Origin: an uncultured Alphaproteobacteria bacterium
GTDB taxonomy: Bacteria > Pseudomonadota > Alphaproteobacteria > Geminicoccales > Geminicoccaceae
DNA length: 64,000 nucleotides
Reading direction: 5' to 3'
Assembly (NCBI GenBank): GCA_963753315.1
Contig: CAVWCI010000015.1
Span: forward strand, 5,518-69,517
Shown here: positions 58,087 to 64,000 of the stretch, piece by piece
Layout: the number at the start of each line of letters is the position of its first letter
Numbering within the stretch: the stretch's first letter is position 1
Notes under the pieces: generated by a model
Told to the model about the DNA's origin: nothing
What the model saw: only the letters and a program-made list of their open reading frames with translations
Databases searched by the model: none
Made by a program: the position numbers and the translations under genes

Positions 58087-60063
58087 ATGGAGCCCATGCT
58101 CGCGCAATCGGCCATGCTCGGTGGTGCGGTGCCGGACCGATCGCCGCTCGGCTGGCTGATCCTGCTGCCGCTCGGCTGCCTGGTGCTCGGGCAGCTGCTG
58201 CTGGTGACCACGGGCATCATCCCGGTGCTCGACGGCATCCTGGTCGATCCCGACGGCTACATGCGCCTGAACCGGGTCCTGGCGCTGCACGACGGCGGCT
58301 CCTGGTTCAACTCGCGCTACTGGCGGATCAATCCGCCCGAAGGTCACGCGCAGCACTGGACCCGGCCGCTCGACGCGCTGCTGCTGGCAGGCGGCCTGCT
58401 GCTCGAGCCCATCTTCGGCTTCCGGCAGGGCCTGCATGTCTGGGGCGTGCTGTTCAGCCCGGTCTGCCTCGCGCTCGGCGTGCTGGCGCTGGCCTGGGCG
58501 ATCGAGCCCGTGCTGGATCGCGACGCCCGCATGTTCGCGTGCCTGGCCTTTCTGATGCAGCCGACCGTGCTGGCCTATTCGAGCGTCGGCCGGCCGGACC
58601 ATCACAGTCTTCTGCTGTTGCTGTTCGTGATCCTGCTCGGGCTGACCTTCCGGCTGCTGACCGATCCTTTGGACCGGCGCTCGGCCAGGCTCGCGGGGGC
58701 GATCGCGGCGCTGAGCCTCTGGATCAGCCTCGAATCGCTGACCTTCGTGGGCTGCAGCCTGGCGATCCTCGGCCTCTACTGGCTGCTGGGCGACGGCGGT
58801 CTCGGCCGCCAGAACCGCGACTACATGGCGACGCTGACGATCGCGCTCGCCATGGCGCTCCTGATCGAGCGGGGACCGCTGCAGCTTTTCGCGATCGAGA
58901 ACGACCGTCTGTCGATCCTGCACGTCACGCTGTTCGCGCTGATCACCCTGTTCTGGCTGCTGGCCGCCCGCGTCGGGCCTGCGGAGACCATCTGGGCCGA
59001 GCGCGTGGCGCGCCTTGCGGTGCATCACCCTCGGCCCTTTGCCCGCTACGACCCGCCAAAGCCGCCGGCGGCGGGCATCGCCGGCCGCATCGTGCTCGCA
59101 GGCGCCGGGCTTGCCAGCGTCGGCCTAGCCATGCTGATCCTGTTTCCCGAGCTGGCACGCGGCCCGCTCGGCGAGGTCGACCCGCTCTACGACGAGATCC
59201 GCCTGCAGCGGATCGTCGAGATCCAGCCGCTGGTGTCGCTCGAGCGGCTCGCCGCCGGGCGGCTGGGCGAGATCGCCAACCGGGTCATCCAGGTGGTCGG
59301 GATCGCCTTCGCGGCGGTCCCCTTCCTGGTCGTTCTGCTTCGTCGCCCTGGGCTGCCGGGCCATCGCGTCTGGGTCGGCTTCGCGCTGGCGCTGGCGATG
59401 TTCCTGCCGCTCGCCGCCTACCAGTTGCGCTGGTCGAGCTATGCCCAGGTCCTGCTGGTGCCGCCCTACAGCGCGCTCGTCGCCTGGCTGCTGCTGCGGG
59501 TCGGCGAGCATCTGCCGCCGAGCCGGCTGCAGCTGGTGAGGCCCCTGATCATCGTTGCGGCCCTGTTCTGGCCGATCGGGCTCGCGCAACTCATGCCGCA
59601 GCAGGAGACCGTCACCGCCACCGACGCGTGCCGGATCGACCGCGCGAGCCCCGCGCTCAACCGGCTGGGGCGGGAGGGGACGATCCTGGCGCTCGCCGAC
59701 TATGGGCCGGAGCTGCTCTACCGCACGCAGCATGGGGTCCTCTCGATTCCCAACCATCGGCCCCAGCCGGGCTTCAACGCCGGCTATCGAGCGTTGACCG
59801 CGACCGATCTGCGGGCGGCGAGGGCCGAGCTCGCCCGTCATGGCGTCGACTGGATCCTGCTCTGCCCGAGCATCGTCGAGCGCGGCCACTTCACCGAGGG
59901 GCGGGAGGGCGAGGCGACGCTGTATCGCAGGCTGCTCGACGGCACGGCGCCGTCCTGGCTGCGCGCGGTCGGGCTCGGCGAGGAGCTGCGCGGATCGATG
60001 CAGCTGTTCGAGATCGACCCCGGCGCCGGGCCTGGCACCGACCTGAGCACGAAACGGCCCTGA
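58087..60063 (+). CDS. polytopic membrane protein, possible divergent GT-C / STT3-PglB-AglB-like glycosyltransferase
   Basis: Intact 658-aa ORF with many TM helices. It has an acidic first-loop motif VDPDGYMRLNR (58243-58275) and LADYGPELLYRTQHGVLSIPNH (from 59692) where oligosaccharyltransferases carry WWDYG. Family assignment is tentative. Confidence 0.5.
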   Translation: MEPMLAQSAMLGGAVPDRSPLGWLILLPLGCLVLGQLLLVTTGIIPVLDGILVDPDGYMRLNRVLALHDGGSWFNSRYWRINPPEGHAQHWTRPLDALLLAGGLLLEPIFGFRQGLHVWGVLFSPVCLALGVLALAWAIEPVLDRDARMFACLAFLMQPTVLAYSSVGRPDHHSLLLLLFVILLGLTFRLLTDPLDRRSARLAGAIAALSLWISLESLTFVGCSLAILGLYWLLGDGGLGRQNRDYMATLTIALAMALLIERGPLQLFAIENDRLSILHVTLFALITLFWLLAARVGPAETIWAERVARLAVHHPRPFARYDPPKPPAAGIAGRIVLAGAGLASVGLAMLILFPELARGPLGEVDPLYDEIRLQRIVEIQPLVSLERLAAGRLGEIANRVIQVVGIAFAAVPFLVVLLRRPGLPGHRVWVGFALALAMFLPLAAYQLRWSSYAQVLLVPPYSALVAWLLLRVGEHLPPSRLQLVRPLIIVAALFWPIGLAQLMPQQETVTATDACRIDRASPALNRLGREGTILALADYGPELLYRTQHGVLSIPNHRPQPGFNAGYRALTATDLRAARAELARHGVDWILLCPSIVERGHFTEGREGEATLYRRLLDGTAPSWLRAVGLGEELRGSMQLFEIDPGAGPGTDLSTKRP

Positions 60064-60066
60064 TCC

Positions 60067-61062
60067 ATGTCGCAGAAAACCCTGATCATCCAGATCCCCT
60101 GCTTCAACGAGGCCGAGACCCTGGGCGTGACCCTGTCCGCCCTGCCGCGCTCGGTCGAGGGTTTTTCGCGCGTCGAATGGATGGTGATCGACGACGGCTG
60201 CAGCGACGACACGGTGGCGGTCGCCCTGGCGCACGGCGTCGATCACATCGTGCGGCTGGACCACAACCAGGGGCTGGCGCGGGCGTTTGCCGCCGGACTG
60301 GAGGCGGCGGTGCGCGCCGGCGCCGACGTCATCGTCAATACCGACGCCGACAACCAATACTGCGCCGGGGACATCCCCAAGCTCACGCGGCCGATCCTGG
60401 CGGGCGAGGCCGATCTGGTGATCGGCGCCCGGCCGATCATGGCGACGCCGCACTTCTCGCAGACCAAGAAGGCCCTGCAGATGCTCGGCAGCCTGGTGGT
60501 GCGCATGGCGTCGACCACCACCGTGGTGGATGCGCCGAGCGGCTTTCGCGCCTTCTCGCGCAAGGCGGCGCAGAGCCTGCACGTGCATGGCGAGTACAGC
60601 TATACGCTCGAGACCATCATCGCCGCCGGCACCCAGCACCTGGCGGTGACGTCGGTGCCGATCCGCACCAACCCGGATCTGCGCCCGTCACGGCTGGTCA
60701 AGAGCCTGCCGGACTACGTCCTGCGCTCGGCGGTCACGATCGTGCGCAGCTTTGCGACCTATCGGCCGCTGCGCTTCTTCGTCAGCATCGGCGCCGCGGC
60801 CCTCTTCGTCGGGCTCTGCCTGGGCGTTCGCTACCTCTACCTCGTAGCGATCGGGCAGGGCGACGGTCACATCCAGTCGGTGATCCTGAGCGCGCTTTTG
60901 ACCGGCATGGGGGTCCTGGTCGCCCTGATCGGCATCGTCGCCGACCTGATCGCGGTCAACCGGCGTCTGCTGGAGAAGGTGCTCGCCCATCAGCAGGCGA
61001 GCGCCGAGCCCGCCGCGGCCCGGCAGCCGCAAAGGCGCCGCTCGCGCGCGTCGGCGGCCTAG
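60067..61062 (+). CDS. family 2 glycosyltransferase with C-terminal TM helices (polyprenyl-phosphate glycosyltransferase type)
   Basis: 331-aa ORF: IIQIPCFNEAETLGVTL, VIDDGCSDDT, NTDADNQY, DAPSGFRAF, then two TM helices. Confidence 0.85.
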   Translation: MSQKTLIIQIPCFNEAETLGVTLSALPRSVEGFSRVEWMVIDDGCSDDTVAVALAHGVDHIVRLDHNQGLARAFAAGLEAAVRAGADVIVNTDADNQYCAGDIPKLTRPILAGEADLVIGARPIMATPHFSQTKKALQMLGSLVVRMASTTTVVDAPSGFRAFSRKAAQSLHVHGEYSYTLETIIAAGTQHLAVTSVPIRTNPDLRPSRLVKSLPDYVLRSAVTIVRSFATYRPLRFFVSIGAAALFVGLCLGVRYLYLVAIGQGDGHIQSVILSALLTGMGVLVALIGIVADLIAVNRRLLEKVLAHQQASAEPAAARQPQRRRSRASAA

Positions 61063-61095
61063 GTAGCGCCCACCGGGCACGGATCGGAGTTCGAC

Positions 61096-61728
61096 ATGTC
61101 CGCGGTATCAGCGCAGCCGGACGAGGTGGTCGCCGGCAACGTCTATCCCAAGTACACGACGCGCAATCCGCTGGCGCGGCTGCTGGTGGCCAGTTTCCAG
61201 GCAAATCTGCGCGCCCTGGTGCAGCGCAGCGGCGCGCGCCAGGTGCACGAGGTCGGCTGCGGCGAGGGCTTCCTCGCCAGGCGGCTGGCCGCCGACGGCT
61301 ACCGGGTGCGCGGCAGCGATCTGTCGCCGGCGACGATTGCGGAGGCGCGCCGGCGCAGCGCCGGCATGACGCCGCCGATCGCCTTTCAGGTCGCCGACCT
61401 GTATCGGCTAGAGCCGGACCGCGACGCGGCCGAGCTGATCGTCTGCTGCGAGGTTCTGGAGCATCTGCCCGATACGGCGCGGGCGTTGGACGTGCTCGGG
61501 CAGCTCGCCCGTCCGCACCTGATCGCAAGCGTGCCCAAGGAGCCTCTCTGGCGCATCCTGAACGTCGCCCGCGGCAGGTATTGGTCCGAGCTCGGCAACA
61601 CGCCCGGGCATCTGCAGCACTGGTCGGGGGGCGCCTTCACTGCGTTGCTCGCGGAGCGCTTCGAGGTGGTCGAGGTCCGCAACCCCTTGCCCTGGACCAT
61701 GGTGCTCTGCCGAGTCCGAGGGCGGTGA
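61096..61728 (+). CDS. class I SAM-dependent methyltransferase
   Basis: 210-aa ORF with motif I VHEVGCGEGFLARRL and motif II/III LIVCCEVLEHLPD. Confidence 0.85.
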   Translation: MSAVSAQPDEVVAGNVYPKYTTRNPLARLLVASFQANLRALVQRSGARQVHEVGCGEGFLARRLAADGYRVRGSDLSPATIAEARRRSAGMTPPIAFQVADLYRLEPDRDAAELIVCCEVLEHLPDTARALDVLGQLARPHLIASVPKEPLWRILNVARGRYWSELGNTPGHLQHWSGGAFTALLAERFEVVEVRNPLPWTMVLCRVRGR

Positions 61729-62683
61729 TCGTACCGCCCGATAAGGCGGTCCGCATCGGTCGTCTGATCGGCTGGGCGGCGGTCGCTGCGTCCTTGGGGT
61801 TCGTGGGGCTGCAGCTTTGGCAGCATGCGCCATGGCGGCTGGCCGGCGCGCATCTGGAAGTCCTGACGGCGGCGATCGTCGGCGGCGCGCTGCTCTACGG
61901 CTCGGCCGGCCTCCTTCTGTCGAGTGCCTGGTACCAGCTGCTGAATACCGGCAGTGGGACGGCATCGCTTCGCTGCCATCACGCCGTCTACGGCCGCACG
62001 CAGATCGCCAAATATCTGCCGGGGAACGTGTTTCACCTGGTCGGCCGCCAGGTCATCGGTCGCCGGCTCGGGCACGGCCAGGGTCGCCTGGCGCTCGCCT
62101 CGCTGCTCGAAGCCCTGCTGCTCGTGCTGGTGGCGGGCGCGCTCAGCCTGCCGCTGGTGTGGCACTGGCTCGATCAGGGGCTGTTGTGGATCGGCGCCCT
62201 GACTGCGCCGGCGCTTGTGCTGATCGCCGTGCGCTGGACCCGCAATCACCGTTCGGCGCTCTGCGACCTCGAGGAAGGCGTTGATCGAGATGCCGATGGG
62301 AGCGGCCCTGCGCCTGCTGCGTGCCGCCGCGCTGTATGCCCTCTTCTTTCTCGTCGTCGCGGCCATCTTCTGGATGCTTGCGCTGAGCGTGAGCGAACTC
62401 GGGCCGGCCCTCGATCGGCTTTGCCGGCAGCATCCCGGTGGTCGCGCTCGCCTGGCTGGTCGGCTTCGTCACACCCGGCTCCTCGGCGGGCATCGGCGTC
62501 CGCGAAGCGGTGCTGATCGCAGCACTGGAGGGCACGCTCGGTGCTCCCGCCAGCGCCTTGATCGCGCTCGCCCTGCGGCTCGTCACCGTCGGCGGCGACG
62601 TTGTGTTCTTCACCCTCGGCGTGATCGTCGGCCTGGCAGGGGGCCGGCCGCAGCCGATCGCGCTTGGTGACGATCCTGCTTGA
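61725..62683 (+). pseudogene. UPF0104/lysyl-PG-synthase-TM-like (flippase-like) membrane protein, frame-disrupted
   Basis: The GTG overlaps the methyltransferase stop. Three frames: ...RTQIAKYLPGNVFHLVGRQVIGRRLG...; ALRLLRAAALYALFFLVVAAIFWMLAL; VALAWLVGFVTPGSSAGIGVREAVLIAAL. Shifts are near 62280 and 62430. Confidence 0.65.
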
Positions 62684-62850
62684 TGCGCGCTGATCCGAAG
62701 CCGCCAATATTGTCAGCGGCACGAATATTTATTGCTTAATCGCCGTTTACTGTACTAGGATAAACAAACGGCAATCCTATTGCTTATGTATTTCTTAAAT
62801 TAGAGAGTTCAATGTCGACCTACCGCGTCAATATCATGGGGGAACGTTCC

Positions 62851-63141
62851 ATGAGCACCATCCGCAAGTTTCTGAAGGACGAGAGCGGCGCGACCGCGAT
62901 CGAGTACGGCCTGATCGCCGCGCTGGTGTCGGTTGCGATCATCGCGACGCTCTCGCTGCTCGGCAACACCTTGAACCAGACGTTCGTGACGGTCGAGAAC
63001 GGCCTCGCGGGCGCCGCTAGCCCCCTGAGCCGCATCGGTTCGCAGGTATCGGCGGCCCCGGCCGCCGATACCTTGACCAAAGCACAGGTTCGCCTCTCCC
63101 GCGGCCAGTCAGGCACGGTTGCCAAGCGGAGGTATCGATGA
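62851..63141 (+). CDS. Flp/Fap-family pilin with an unusually long C-terminal tail
   Basis: MSTIRKFLKDESGATAIEYGLIAALVSVAIIATLSLLGNTL carries the Flp motif G/ATAIEYGLI. As sequenced, the ORF runs on to 97 aa. Confidence 0.75.
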   Translation: MSTIRKFLKDESGATAIEYGLIAALVSVAIIATLSLLGNTLNQTFVTVENGLAGAASPLSRIGSQVSAAPAADTLTKAQVRLSRGQSGTVAKRRYR

Positions 63142-63353
63142 GCTCAGCAGCCCGGACATCTCTCCCGCGCGCGCCATGGCAGAACGCCTTCACCCGGCTG
63201 GCGGATGAGAGCGGTGCGATCGCGGTCGAGTACGGCTTGCTCGCGGCGCTGATCGCCCTCGCGATCCTCGGAACGATCATCCAGATCGGCGACGCGCTCG
63301 TTGGCCTGCCCCTGCAGTTGCTGATCGACGCGTTCGCCGCCGTGCTGTCGTGA
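63138..63353 (+). CDS. second Flp-like pilin
   Basis: 71-aa ORF with ADESGAIAVEYGLLAALIALAILGTIIQIG. Its start overlaps the previous stop. Confidence 0.6.
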   Translation: MSSAARTSLPRAPWQNAFTRLADESGAIAVEYGLLAALIALAILGTIIQIGDALVGLPLQLLIDAFAAVLS

Positions 63354-63949
63354 GCCCGGCGCTAGCCCCGATCGTCATGGAGCACCGCGACGTGTTGACG
63401 TGGCTGCCGCTTGCAGGCCTCGTGGCGCTCCTGGCGCTGGCCGCTCTGATCGACCTTCGCGAGCGCCGCATCCCGAACTGGCTGACCGGCGGCGTCGCCG
63501 CCCTGTATCCGCTCTACGTGCTCGCGAGCCCGATGCCGATCGCCTGGCTCGGCGCCCTGGTCGTCGCTGCCGCGATATTCATGTTCGGCTTCGTGCTGTT
63601 CGCCCGGCAGCTGATCGGCGGCGGCGACGTCAAGCTGATCGCTGCGGTGAGCTTGTGGACGGGGCTCGACCACCTCGCGTTGTTCGCGTTGGTCACCAGC
63701 CTTGCCGGTGGCGGCCTGGCGCTCGGCAGCCTCTGGTACCGGCGCTGGCACGGCGTGATCGACGCCCACATGGCCGCGCTCGGTTGGAATCTCGCGCCTG
63801 CCGGCACGCGACACGCCGGAAGCGCCGCGTCCGAGGCGAGCCATAGCATCACCTCGACCTCGATCGAGCCAGCGCCCCTCACTCTTCCCTATGGCGTCGC
63901 GATCGCCGCGGGGGGGCTCGCTGTGGTCGCTCAACTGATCAAATTCTGA
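63350..63949 (+). CDS. cpaA: A24-family prepilin peptidase CpaA
   Basis: Contains ALIDLRERRIPNWL and GGGDVKLIAAVSLW, the two catalytic Asp motifs. The start is GTG 63350 or ATG 63377. Confidence 0.8.
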   Translation: MSPALAPIVMEHRDVLTWLPLAGLVALLALAALIDLRERRIPNWLTGGVAALYPLYVLASPMPIAWLGALVVAAAIFMFGFVLFARQLIGGGDVKLIAAVSLWTGLDHLALFALVTSLAGGGLALGSLWYRRWHGVIDAHMAALGWNLAPAGTRHAGSAASEASHSITSTSIEPAPLTLPYGVAIAAGGLAVVAQLIKF

Positions 63950-63959
63950 GGAAACCCCG

Positions 63960-64000
63960 ATGGGTCTGCGTCGCATCATCGTACTGCTGATTGCCGTGGT
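63960..64000 (+). CDS. start of the next tad-locus gene (position expected for CpaB/RcpC), truncated by the window end
   Basis: ATG at 63960 gives MGLRRIIVLLIAV. The assignment rests on gene order only. Confidence 0.35.
   Translation, partial: MGLRRIIVLLIAV

Overview
High-GC (roughly 65-70% from hand counts of a few lines) alphaproteobacterial chromosome segment. The left 12 kb holds the conserved block ntrB-ntrC-ntrY-ntrX-trkA-hfq-hflX, then groES-groEL with a CIRCE operator; every gene there is intact. The rest is a mix of housekeeping and accessory genes: mazG, xseA, an RND efflux pair, an EF-hand protein with an OmpR/histidine-kinase pair, asd, aroQ, glgP, katG, a sugar ABC transporter, TctABC-type transporter genes, a GH3 beta-glucosidase, a thiolase, and the start of a tad/flp pilus locus. 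Between about 12.3 and 62.7 kb, roughly 20 recognisable genes are split across two to four reading frames. These are apparent frameshifts and are more likely consensus indel errors than true decay. The most interesting features are two low-GC single-gene insertions. (1) At 33592-35210, perfect 46-bp direct repeats that duplicate the 3-prime end of an SDR gene flank one intact 487-aa orphan ORF. Its C-terminus carries an Rx4H (HEPN-like) motif, and no integrase or transposase is present. (2) At 54885-55778 sits an intact 297-aa standalone SIR2-like protein, followed by about 0.9 kb of repeat-bearing non-coding DNA. Both are candidate anti-phage or abortive-infection genes. A third item is a four-gene membrane glycosylation-like module (STT3/PglB-like polytopic protein, polyprenyl-phosphate-type GT2, methyltransferase, flippase-like UPF0104 protein) directly upstream of the Flp pilin genes. 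I saw no rRNA, tRNA, CRISPR array, transposase or integrase. All domain calls rest on motif recognition by eye; no database search was run.
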